Both the position numbers and the translations under genes were made by a program. DNA of 64,000 nt from an uncultured Gemmatimonadales bacterium. GTDB lineage: Bacteria; Gemmatimonadota; Gemmatimonadetes; Longimicrobiales; RSA9. The notes beneath the pieces were generated by a model. The model was given only the letters and a program-made list of their open reading frames with translations, made no database searches and was not told the origin of the DNA. Below, piece by piece: positions 19,729-28,216 of this stretch (within the stretch, counting starts at the first letter, position 1; each line of letters begins with the position of its first letter). Where the stretch lies: positions 608,001 to 672,000 of the forward strand of contig OY970192.1 in NCBI GenBank assembly GCA_963708135.1, in the 5' to 3' direction.

Positions 19729-20966
19729 GCTTCTGCCTCCCTGCGTCGCTTCGTGGCGAAGTGGAGCCCGACCGAGCCCAGCAGCGTGAGCACGCCCGCC
19801 ATCGGCCACATGAACGGATACCCCCGGTACTGCGGGAACACGTGCGCGCCGACGTCGATGGCGACGCCCACCAGCATCGGCGCGAAGATGCGCCCGAAGC
19901 TGACGCTCAGGATGTAGAGCCCGGTGTAGCGGCCGATCGCCTTGTTGCCCACTATGCCCGCGAAGAGCGGGTACGGCAATGCGACGAGCGCCGCCGCGCC
20001 CACGCCGGCGCCGAGCAGCAGCAGCACCGCCGTTCCCAGGGTCCGCATGAACACGCCCGCCAGCATGACCACGCCGAGCAGCCCCGCGCCGACCTGGAGC
20101 AGCACCGCGCGGTCGTAGCGGTCGCCCAGCCGGCCGATCACCACCGACCCGATCGCCAGCCCCACCACCAGCAGCGTCATCATGAGGGAGGCCTGCGCCA
20201 CGGTGATGCCCAGCACGACCGTGCCGAACAGGAAGAAGTAGGGCCGCACGCCATCGACGGCTCCCGTCCACAGCGCGTTCGAGACCAGGAACAGCAGCGC
20301 GGCCGGCCGCTGGCGCAGGTCCGCCCAGAGCGCCCGCAGCCCGCCCGAGATGCGTTCCTCGTGCATGGCAAGGTCGAGTCCCGCGGGCGGCGCCGCCCAG
20401 ATCGTCATCCAGGTCATCCCGAGGATCAGCAGGGCGCCCAGCAGGAACGGGAGCGGCGGCCAGATCGCGTACAGCAGCCCGCTCGCCACCAGGCCGAAGC
20501 CGAGCCCCGCCGAGTGCAGCACGCCGCGTACGCCCTGCACCCGGCCTCGCCGCTCATCCGGCACCGAGTCAACCATCAGGGCCCAGAGCGGCGTCAGATA
20601 TCCGTGCAGCGCGGCGAAGAAGATGAAAGCGACCCCGGCCAGCGGCCAGTAGCCGCGAAGGAACGGTGCCGTGGCCAGGGCGGCGGCCATCAGCGGTGCG
20701 GTGATCATGAGGAAGAAGGTGCGCCGCCCGAAGCGGCGCGTCAGTCCGGCGGGCAGATGGTCGCTGAGCGTGCCGATCCAGTACGGGACCAGCAGCGCGA
20801 AGATGCCCTCGCCGCCCACGGCGAATCCGATCAGGAACGCGGAGCGGGCGTAGCGCGCGAGCAGCACCGGCAGGACGGCGACCATGAGCGTCTGCCCGGA
20901 CGTCGAGCCCAGGGTGCCCGCCGTGATGCCGTACTCCTTCAGGATCCGTCCGCGCCGGCTCGTCAC
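19725..20966 (-). CDS. MFS transporter
   Basis: About 12 TM helices; GTLSD...FGRR and GRLGDRYDR motif-A signatures. Confidence 0.88.
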   Translation of the reverse strand: MTSRRGRILKEYGITAGTLGSTSGQTLMVAVLPVLLARYARSAFLIGFAVGGEGIFALLVPYWIGTLSDHLPAGLTRRFGRRTFFLMITAPLMAAALATAPFLRGYWPLAGVAFIFFAALHGYLTPLWALMVDSVPDERRGRVQGVRGVLHSAGLGFGLVASGLLYAIWPPLPFLLGALLILGMTWMTIWAAPPAGLDLAMHEERISGGLRALWADLRQRPAALLFLVSNALWTGAVDGVRPYFFLFGTVVLGITVAQASLMMTLLVVGLAIGSVVIGRLGDRYDRAVLLQVGAGLLGVVMLAGVFMRTLGTAVLLLLGAGVGAAALVALPYPLFAGIVGNKAIGRYTGLYILSVSFGRIFAPMLVGVAIDVGAHVFPQYRGYPFMWPMAGVLTLLGSVGLHFATKRRREAEA

Positions 20967-21132
20967 CGATTCACTCGTCCCCTCGCTCTGCCGTCCCTCG
21001 AATCCGGCGGCCGCGGCCGCGGGGCCAATCTGGCGCGCCTGCGTCGAACGTCAAGCAAGGCCGGGGCCCGCGCGCCGTCCGGATGGACGCTCGGGACCCG
21101 ACCGGCCTGGCGCTTGCACCCTCCATCGCCTC

Positions 21133-22236
21133 ATGCGCGCAGCCAGCCTCCTGCTTCCCCTGGTCCTTGCCGCCGCGCCGCTCTCGGCCCAGGCGATCCG
21201 GCTCCGCGCCTTCACGCTATCCACCGGACCCCGCCTCTCCGCCGGCACGCGCGGCACCGCCCTCTTCGCCGCCGCCGCCGACCTCTCGTTGCCCTGGCTG
21301 GGAGCCGGCCGGGCGCGGGTGGAGCTCGGCACGTCGAGCGCGCCCCTCGACCCGGAGGACGGTCCCGGGACGCGCCGGGACCGCCAGGCGACGCTCGGAT
21401 ACGCCCGCTGCCTCGGCTCCGCCGCCGCCGTCGGCCTCGGCGGCATCCGGCCGCGGGTCGGCGTCGGCATCGCCCTCCACTGGGTGCGCACCGACGCTCT
21501 CGCCCATGCCGGGGACACGACCGGGGACGGGCGCTTCGCCCGCCGGAGCTCCGCCGTGCGCCCCGCGCTCCACGCCGAGACCGGCCTCGCCCTGCCCCTC
21601 GCTCGCAACCACCGCCTCGACCTCGAGATCGCCGCGCGGGCGGCGGCCCTCCTGGGCGGCCCAGACGCGCTCGAACTCCGCTTCGGCGTGCGCTACGCGC
21701 TCGACGGCCGACCTTCCGGGTTGGTCGCCGGGGAGCCTGTGGCCGCGCCTCCGGACCCACCGGCCGACGTCGAGCCGGCCCCGGCGCCGGGTGTGGCCGC
21801 ACCCGGCGCCACCGGCGCCGCTGCGCTCCCCGCCGCCATCCGCGCCGCCTTCCGGACGGCGCTCTCCAACGCCCTCGCGGACGCCGCGGATCGGGGGCTT
21901 ATCCGGGAGGAAGGGCCCGGCTTCGCCCTCCTCGACTCCGCCTTCATCGGCGGCCGGCTGCGGCCCGAGACGGCCGCGGCGCTGCGGCGGGCCGGCGCTC
22001 GCCTGACCACGGCGGGCGCCCGGGTCTCGATCCTCGCCGACGAGGACGCGGATGCGACGGCCCGTCCGTCCACCGCCACGCTGCGGGCCGTGGCGGTGGC
22101 GCAGGCGCTCGCGGCCGGCGGGCTCGCGCGCTCCGCGATGCGCCTGGAGGTGGTGCGCCGGGCCGCCGGCGGCGACGTCGCCGTGCGGCCCCGCCGCCTC
22201 AGCGCCCGCGCTGCGCCAGCGTCACCCCGCCGATGA
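21133..22236 (+). CDS. secreted hypothetical protein, possibly a beta-barrel plus degenerate OmpA-like C-terminus
   Basis: Signal peptide (LSA-Q), beta-strand-like N-half, Pro-rich linker, RAVAVAQALAAGGL reminiscent of OmpA_C. Confidence 0.45.
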   Translation: MRAASLLLPLVLAAAPLSAQAIRLRAFTLSTGPRLSAGTRGTALFAAAADLSLPWLGAGRARVELGTSSAPLDPEDGPGTRRDRQATLGYARCLGSAAAVGLGGIRPRVGVGIALHWVRTDALAHAGDTTGDGRFARRSSAVRPALHAETGLALPLARNHRLDLEIAARAAALLGGPDALELRFGVRYALDGRPSGLVAGEPVAAPPDPPADVEPAPAPGVAAPGATGAAALPAAIRAAFRTALSNALADAADRGLIREEGPGFALLDSAFIGGRLRPETAAALRRAGARLTTAGARVSILADEDADATARPSTATLRAVAVAQALAAGGLARSAMRLEVVRRAAGGDVAVRPRRLSARAAPASPRR

Positions 22237-22494
22237 TGACCGCGGCGCCCACGAGCTGGAGCGCACGCGGAACCTCGCCGAGCCAGGCCCACGCGACGAG
22301 CAGCGCCAGCACGGGCACGAGGTTGGAGTACGTCGAGGTGCGTGTATTGCCGAGACGGCTGACGCCGCGGTACCAGAGCAGGTACGCCAGCCCGATGCTC
22401 AGCGCGCCCGAGAACGTCACGGCCGCCCATGCCTCCAGGGGCACGGCGTCGAGATCCACGCCGCGCAGCGCCGGTAGGCCCATGAGACACCCTG

Positions 22495-22500
22495 TGTCAA
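22495..22500 (-). promoter_or_regulatory. -35 box in the IS right end (junction promoter formed on circularisation)
   Basis: Perfect TTGACA 8 bp from the CT core; in the circle it sits 18 bp from CACCTT (24011-24006). Confidence 0.6.
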
Positions 22501-22511
22501 CCCCCCTGTGT

Positions 22512-23759
22512 TCAAGCAGCCGCCGCGGTGGGTTCCGCGGGGGTGAAGAAGGGGATAGCCCGTCCGTGTCGGGAGGGGTCGTAGGTGGACCGATTGTGCC
22601 AGCAGCGCCACAGCACGCGGACCCAGGCTCGGGCGAGGATTCGGATTGCGTGCGGGTGATCGCAGCCGCGGGCACGGGCGCACTTGTAGACGGCGGCGGC
22701 CCAGGGGTGGGCATGGCGGGAGTTGTCCGCCCAGGTGGTGAGGGCTTGTCGCAGGCGCTTGTTGCAGGCGAAGCGGCAGGCGACGCCGCGATGCTTGCCG
22801 GAGCTGTGCGTAACGGGGGCGACGCCGGCTTCGGCGGCGAGCTGGGCGTCGGTGGCGAAGCGGAGCCGGTCGTCGCCGAGCTCGGCGAGAATCTGGGCGG
22901 CATTGATGGTGCCGGTGCGGGGGAAGGACTTCAGGATCTCACCGTCGGGATGCTGCGCGAGGTGAGCGGCGATGAGCCCGTCGAGCTCGCGGATCTGAGC
23001 CACGAGAGGGCGGAGGACGGCGACCAGGGAACGGACGAGCTGACCTTTGGTCTCGCTCTCGAGCTCGGCGGCCTGCCCTGCGGGGGCGGAGCGGAGCCGC
23101 TCGAGGAGCTGATCGACCGGCCGGCGGCCGCAGTAGGCAGTGCGCTTGAGGAATCGTTCGAGGCGCTTGGGCCCGAGGCGGGCGGCGCTCTCCGGGGTGG
23201 GGTAGGCGTCCAGGAAATCGAGGGCGATCGGGCTATCGACATCGGCGAAAATGGCGGCAGCGCCGGCCCAGAAGCTGTCGAGCAGGCTGCGGAGCTGATT
23301 GGCGAGCTGGACGCGGGTCGCGACCAGGTCATCGCGGGTGCGAACGGCGGCGCGAAGCGCCTTGGTGCGATCGGAGGGGACCCGGAGCGGCCGGAATCGA
23401 TGCCCATCGGTACGCAGGACGTCGGCGAGGATGTAGGCATCACCGGGATCGCTCTTCCCCGGAGCCGCGGCGTAGCGGGGCCGGGTGGCCTTGAGGGCGT
23501 TCGGGTGGATCGGAACGACCGGGAAGCCGGCCTCGACCAACGTATCCACCAGAAGTCCGGACGGCCGCTCGATGGCGATGGGCAGCTGCGCCGGAGAGCT
23601 GACGCGACGCAGGCGCCGGATCAGCTCACTCAGCCCACCGGCCGTGTGAGGGATGGTGAACGCGTCAACGAGGGCGCCGCTGAGATCGAGCACACAGACG
23701 TCATGCTTGTCGCTGGCCCAGTCAATTCCGACGAGGTAGCTTGGATCCAGTCCTTCCAC
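22512..23759 (-). CDS. IS110 family transposase / bridge recombinase (DEDD RuvC-like + Tnp20 domain)
   Basis: VGIDWA, IAIE, GKSDPGDA, AGVAPVTHSSG, NKRLRQAL motifs; GGAGGTG RBS. Confidence 0.95.
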   Translation of the reverse strand: MEGLDPSYLVGIDWASDKHDVCVLDLSGALVDAFTIPHTAGGLSELIRRLRRVSSPAQLPIAIERPSGLLVDTLVEAGFPVVPIHPNALKATRPRYAAAPGKSDPGDAYILADVLRTDGHRFRPLRVPSDRTKALRAAVRTRDDLVATRVQLANQLRSLLDSFWAGAAAIFADVDSPIALDFLDAYPTPESAARLGPKRLERFLKRTAYCGRRPVDQLLERLRSAPAGQAAELESETKGQLVRSLVAVLRPLVAQIRELDGLIAAHLAQHPDGEILKSFPRTGTINAAQILAELGDDRLRFATDAQLAAEAGVAPVTHSSGKHRGVACRFACNKRLRQALTTWADNSRHAHPWAAAVYKCARARGCDHPHAIRILARAWVRVLWRCWHNRSTYDPSRHGRAIPFFTPAEPTAAAA

Positions 23760-23793
23760 GCCTCACCTCCGAGCAGAGATTCACTCCCTCGCT

Positions 23794-23999
23794 CCGGCGT
23801 TGGAAGGTCTCACCGATCGCTCACTGAAAGGCGCTCTCGGCTTCAGGTGCCGTGGCGCTACACCCTGTGGTCGGTTGGGGCCTTCCACGCCGGGCAGGGG
23901 AGCGGGTCTCATGCGGGCCGTCGAGCGGCAAGCGACGCTGGCTCTCCCTACCCGGACGCCGAAGCACTTCTCTTGAGCGGCGCGAATCTACGCCCCGCT
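23794..23999 (-). ncRNA. IS110 bridge RNA (5' hairpin, target-binding loop, donor-binding loop)
   Basis: Three stem-loops by eye; internal-loop guides CACAGGGUGU and CAGUGAG match the donor junction, and CAUGAG matches the target. Confidence 0.8.
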
Positions 24000-25011
24000 G
24001 AGGGTAAGGTGCACCAGTGAGCACGATGCCCGCCGTGCCGCACCACAGCGTCCAGGCGGTGACCGGGATCGGGCCGTAGCGCTCCACGAGGTCGCGCGCC
24101 CCGACCGTGTAGAGCGACCAGGAAGTCGATGCGCCCAGCATGATCGCCTCGCCGGCCGCCGAGGAGCCGCCCGCCTGCGCACCCGGGCCGCCCAGCACGA
24201 CGAGCGCCATCCCCGCCACCGTCGCCACCACCCCCACCCACGTGGCGGCACCCACGCGCTCGTGCCCGACGGCCGCCGAGAGCAAGGCCGTCAGGACCGG
24301 CGAACCGGCCAGCAGCAGGCTCGCGATCCCCGCCCGCGTCATTGCCAGCCCCGAGATGAACAGGATCTGGTAGAGCACGTTTCCCACCAGCCCCAGGACG
24401 AGCACCCGCGGCACGTCCGCTCGAGCCGGCAGCGGCACCGGGCCGCGTGCCCGCAAGACGGCGTAGACCACGAGCGAGGCCAGGGGGAAGCGGAGCGCGT
24501 TGAAGCCGAGCGGCGGAAGGACCGCGAGCGCATCCTTCGCGACGGAGAAGTTCACGGCCCAGATGACGACCATCACGAGCAGGCCGCGGCCCGGGTTCCA
24601 CGGCGCGGGCGCGTGGCCGGTGGTCCCTGCCGGGCCCCGCGCGGAGCCGCGCACGGCGGGGAGAGGCCTCACCGGTACGCGACCGCGGCGAGGACGTTCG
24701 CCAGCGCTGGAGGCGGGTGGGTGGACCCGTGGACGAGACAGACGAGGCTCACGAGGTCTCCGGTGCACACACGGTCGGACAGGGCCGGCGGCCACGAGGG
24801 CCGCCTGCCGGCAAGATCCGCGGCCTTGCCGGACCCCGCAAGCGCGCGCGCCGTGCCACGTGGAGCGGCGGCGAGTCTCTGCACGAAGGCACTCGGAGCT
24901 GAGCCCTGGCCGGCCAACCCGCGCCGCGGAGCACTGCTTGCGGCGCCCGCTCGCGCGGGCCAACTTCAGCCGCTGGACGGCCGTGGAGGCACGCTCGCGA
25001 AGGAGGGCGCA

Positions 25012-25287
25012 TTGGTTGCCGCAGTGGTGCTGATCCGGGTCGCGCGCGAGCACATACCGCAGGCAGCGCGCGAGGTGGCCGGGATCGAGGGGGTGTCGGA
25101 GGTCTACTCGGTCTCCGGTGACTGGGACCTCGTCGCCATCCTGCGCGTCCCGGAGTGGGAGCAGATCGCGCAGGTGGTGACGGAGCGGCTCGCGGCGATC
25201 GGCGGCATCGAGTCGACCAACACGCTCGTGGCGTTCCGGGTCTACTCGAAGCAGGACCTGGAGGGCGCGTTCGACATGTTCGAGTAG
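25012..25287 (+). CDS. Lrp/AsnC ligand-binding-domain protein
   Basis: IEGVSEVYSVSGDWDLVAI...GIESTNTLVAF; AAGGAGG RBS before TTG. Confidence 0.85.
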   Translation: MVAAVVLIRVAREHIPQAAREVAGIEGVSEVYSVSGDWDLVAILRVPEWEQIAQVVTERLAAIGGIESTNTLVAFRVYSKQDLEGAFDMFE

Positions 25288-25295
25288 GCGGGCCT

Positions 25296-26048
25296 CTACT
25301 CGCGCACTTCGTTGGGTGGGCGGGTGGCAGCCTCCGGCGCCGGCGGCTCCTCTGCGGTGGGCCGGGCAGGGGCGTGGCGCTCCGGCGCGGCGTAGCGGTG
25401 GCGCTGGTACATGTCGCGCGCGATCTCGCCGGCGATGCCCTGGGCACCAAGGCCGAAGGCGATGCCGGCGGCCAGCGCGCCGGCGCCGACCACCGCGATG
25501 AAGAAGACGAGCACGATATCCTGCGCGATGTCGAGCTGCTCCAGCGCCATGAAGGCGGCCAGCAGGATGACGGCCGCCTTCGCCGCGCGCGCCAGGGTCG
25601 GGCCGCCCGAAACCCCGCCGGCGGAGGCGAGCACGAGGTCCTTGACGAACTCGCCGAGCAGGATGCCGAGGACGAGCACTGCCACGGCGGCCATGACGTG
25701 AGGGATGTAGGCGAGCAGCTCCGCGAAGAGCGAGCTTACCGCGTCCACGCCGAGCGCGTTCGCCGCCAGCAGGATCACGAGCAGCATGAGGGTCCAGAAG
25801 ACCAGCTTGGCCAGGACCGTCGATGGGTCCAGCGAGGTGCCGGCGCGCTCCAGCGCCTCGATGACGCCGCCATCGCGCATCCAGCGATCGAAGCCAACGC
25901 GGTGCAGCGCGATGTCGGTCCCTCGCTCCACCATCTTGGCGATCGCGTAGCCCGCGAGCAGGAGCCCGAGCGCGGCGGCGAGGTGGGGCAGGAACTCGAC
26001 GATCTGGACGATTCCGTCCTGGAGTCGCTGGCTCAGGGCTTCCTGCAT
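25296..26048 (-). CDS. TM_helix-repeat (CmpX / small-conductance mechanosensitive channel-associated) membrane protein
   Basis: FLPHL / YIPHV repeats, ALEQLDIA, AFGLG motif. Confidence 0.75.
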   Translation of the reverse strand: MQEALSQRLQDGIVQIVEFLPHLAAALGLLLAGYAIAKMVERGTDIALHRVGFDRWMRDGGVIEALERAGTSLDPSTVLAKLVFWTLMLLVILLAANALGVDAVSSLFAELLAYIPHVMAAVAVLVLGILLGEFVKDLVLASAGGVSGGPTLARAAKAAVILLAAFMALEQLDIAQDIVLVFFIAVVGAGALAAGIAFGLGAQGIAGEIARDMYQRHRYAAPERHAPARPTAEEPPAPEAATRPPNEVRE

Positions 26049-26125
26049 CAGGGCGGCCTCCGTCGGGGGTCGAGCGGAACGCTGGGGCCGTGGCCTGGGA
26101 CGCGCAAGGGGCGGGAGGTTGCACG

Positions 26126-26350
26126 ATGCGCCGATTCAGCGATGCGTGGGGGAGGGAGTGGGACGTCGTGGTGGGGAGGGAGTCCTGGGGCACCCTCTAC
26201 GCCCTCTTCGTGCCCGTGGCGGGAACGGAGCCCGTGCGGCAGGTGATGCTCGACTCCGCCGGCTACGAGCAGGCGCAGCTCGAGCTCTCCGACATGGACG
26301 ACGCGGCGCTGGCGGAGCTGTTCCGCCGGACCGGTCCAAAGCAATCCTGA
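26126..26350 (+). CDS. small hypothetical protein (MRxFxDxxGRxW family)
   Basis: GGAGG RBS; protein-like composition; resembles the next ORF. Confidence 0.7.
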   Translation: MRRFSDAWGREWDVVVGRESWGTLYALFVPVAGTEPVRQVMLDSAGYEQAQLELSDMDDAALAELFRRTGPKQS

Positions 26351-26362
26351 GATGAGCCGACC

Positions 26363-26662
26363 ATGAGAACCTTCGAGGATGAGACGGGACGCGCCTGGAT
26401 CGCCACCGCGGAGGAGGAGGACACGCCGCGACACCACGGCCGCTGGTACCTCGTGTTCCGCCCGGCCGACGCGGAGAAGCCCCGGCTCGCCATGCCGGAG
26501 GTCCGCTGGAAGAACCTCCAGACGGCGGAGCGTACCATCGCGACCATGGGGACGGTCGAGCTGCGCCGGCGGCTGCGCACCCTGATGCGGCGGACCGGGA
26601 TCCCCGAGGCGACGGTGCTCGCGCCCGCGCCCGACCGTGGCCGCGACGCGAACGCCGGGTGA
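26363..26662 (+). CDS. small hypothetical protein (MRxFxDxxGRxW family)
   Basis: 12 nt after the previous stop; shared N-terminal motif. Confidence 0.7.
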   Translation: MRTFEDETGRAWIATAEEEDTPRHHGRWYLVFRPADAEKPRLAMPEVRWKNLQTAERTIATMGTVELRRRLRTLMRRTGIPEATVLAPAPDRGRDANAG

Positions 26663-26733
26663 GGTTCGGAACGGCCTGCGGGAACACACCTTGCACCGTT
26701 CCGGGCCGGACCCCGACCGACAGGAGCAGGCCC

Positions 26734-27021
26734 GTGTATCCCAGACGCGTCACCCGCACGTGGAGGGCGTTCCCGAGCGCGGCCCGGCGCCGCATCGAGG
26801 AGGACCTCGACTGCGGCCACAGACCCTGCTGTCCGCGCTGCGGCACCCCGCTCGCCGCGCAGCCCGGCACCCGCCTCGCCGCGGTGCTGCCCGCCGGTGC
26901 GCGCGGCCACGACCTCGAGTGCCGTGGCTGCCGCCGCTTCCATGCCCGCGTGCTCCATACGCCACGATCCCTGTACGTCCAGCGCATCCGCCGGCTCGCG
27001 GCCGCCGTGCTGCGCGCCTGA
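26734..27021 (+). CDS. small zinc-ribbon-like hypothetical protein
   Basis: CPRC...CRGC pairs; AGGAG before GTG 26734; sigma54-like GGAACA-cacc-TTGCA at 26681-26695. Confidence 0.55.
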   Translation: MYPRRVTRTWRAFPSAARRRIEEDLDCGHRPCCPRCGTPLAAQPGTRLAAVLPAGARGHDLECRGCRRFHARVLHTPRSLYVQRIRRLAAAVLRA

Positions 27022-27040
27022 CGCCCAGGCCCGAGCGCGC

Positions 27041-28216
27041 ATGAGCCGCTACGACGTCGCTGCGCTGCGCGCCACGGAATACCCGCGGGCGGCCGAGGCC
27101 ACGTACATGAACGCCGCGGGGGTCGGCCCGATCCCCGCCCGGGCGCGGCGCCGCATGGAGGAGCTGGCCGAGGTGCGCTCGGCGCCGCACCTGCTGCGCG
27201 ACGGCGAGATCCCGGAGGGGCTCGCCGCGGCCCGGGCCGCCCTCGGCCGCCTCGTCGGCGGCGAGCCGGCCGAGATCGCGCTCACGCCCAACACCAACGT
27301 CGGCATCGCCATCGGCACGCAGCTGCTGCTCGGCCGCGCGCTGAATGGTCGCGAAAGCCGGCGCCGGATCGTCCTGAGCGAGGGAGAGTTTCCGGCCAAC
27401 GTCTACCCCTGGCTCTCCCTCGAGCGGCACGGCTTCGCGGTGGAGCGGGTGCCGACCGACGCCCTCGGCCGTCCCGACGAGGACCGGCTGCTGGAGGCGC
27501 TGGACCGCCCTGATGTCGCCGCGTTCGCTCTCTCCGCCGTCCAGTTCTCGACCGGCTGGGGCGCGGACCTCGCTCGCTTCGGAGAAGTCTGTGGCCGGCG
27601 CGAGATCCTCTACGTGGTGGATGCGATCCAGGCGCTCGGCGCCGCGCCGCTCGAGCCGCGCCCGGCTGGCATCGACCTGCTGGCCGCCGGCGGCCAGAAG
27701 TGGCTGTGCGGCCCCTGGGGCAGCGGCTTCGCCTGGGTCCGTCCCGAGCTGCTCCGGGAGGAGCCGCTTATCGCCGGCTGGCTCTCCTTCACGTCCTCCG
27801 CCGACTTCTCGCGGCTCACGGACTATCGGTGGGAGCTGCTCCCCGACGCCCGCCGCTTCGAGATGGGCACGATCCCGCTGCAGGCGTTCCTCGGCCTGAC
27901 GAGGGCCGTAGAGCTCATCCTCGAGCTCGGCCTCGAGGCCATCCGCGACCACATCCGCGACGTCCAGGCTCCGCTGCTCGAGTGGATCGATGGCCGCGAC
28001 GACATTACCGTCGTCTCGCCCCGCGACGAGCCGCACCGCAGCGCCATCGCGTGTCTCCGCCCGCCGGACGCGCCCAGGGTGCACGGCGCGCTCACCGCGG
28101 CCGGCGTCGTCTGTGCGCTGCGCGAGGGCGCGATCCGCCTCGCGCCGCACTTCTACAACACGCCGGAGGAGATGGCGCGGGTGGTCGACGTGCTGGACGG
28201 CGCGGTGGCGGGATGA
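27041..28216 (+). CDS. aminotransferase class V-fold PLP-dependent enzyme
   Basis: YMNAAG, EFPAN, VDAIQ, GGQKWL (PLP Lys), RFEMGT, IRLAPHFYN. Confidence 0.88.
   Translation: MSRYDVAALRATEYPRAAEATYMNAAGVGPIPARARRRMEELAEVRSAPHLLRDGEIPEGLAAARAALGRLVGGEPAEIALTPNTNVGIAIGTQLLLGRALNGRESRRRIVLSEGEFPANVYPWLSLERHGFAVERVPTDALGRPDEDRLLEALDRPDVAAFALSAVQFSTGWGADLARFGEVCGRREILYVVDAIQALGAAPLEPRPAGIDLLAAGGQKWLCGPWGSGFAWVRPELLREEPLIAGWLSFTSSADFSRLTDYRWELLPDARRFEMGTIPLQAFLGLTRAVELILELGLEAIRDHIRDVQAPLLEWIDGRDDITVVSPRDEPHRSAIACLRPPDAPRVHGALTAAGVVCALREGAIRLAPHFYNTPEEMARVVDVLDGAVAG

Larger units (their letters stand above)
22487..24021 (-). mobile_element. complete IS110-family insertion sequence (1535 bp counting one copy of the CTCA junction)
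   Basis: Single recombinase ORF; TGAG (+ strand) at both junctions, 22483-22486 and 24018-24021; no terminal inverted repeats; long upstream and short downstream non-coding ends. Confidence 0.92.
22199..24672 (-). pseudogene. DMT/EamA family transporter interrupted by IS110
   Basis: N-half (IWAVNFSVAK...GTAGIVL) ends near 24019; C-half (MGLPAL...YSNLVPV...LGE) starts at 22483; removing 1535 bp rejoins them in frame (312 aa from the candidate GTG at 24672). Confidence 0.88.

Noticed and set aside
19761..24020. 1419-aa ORF on the + strand
   Set aside because: Arg/Gly/Pro-rich antisense shadow of the MFS gene and the IS110 transposase; it crosses the IS boundary and has no domain motifs.
22483..24021. 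CTCA as a classical 4-bp target-site duplication
   Set aside because: IS110 elements make no TSD. The repeat is better explained as the CT core plus CA shared by donor and target, both encoded in the RNA guides.
24927..24941. sigma54-like GGAGCA-ctgc-TTGC upstream of the Lrp/AsnC gene
   Set aside because: Poor -24 match; likely chance at this GC content.
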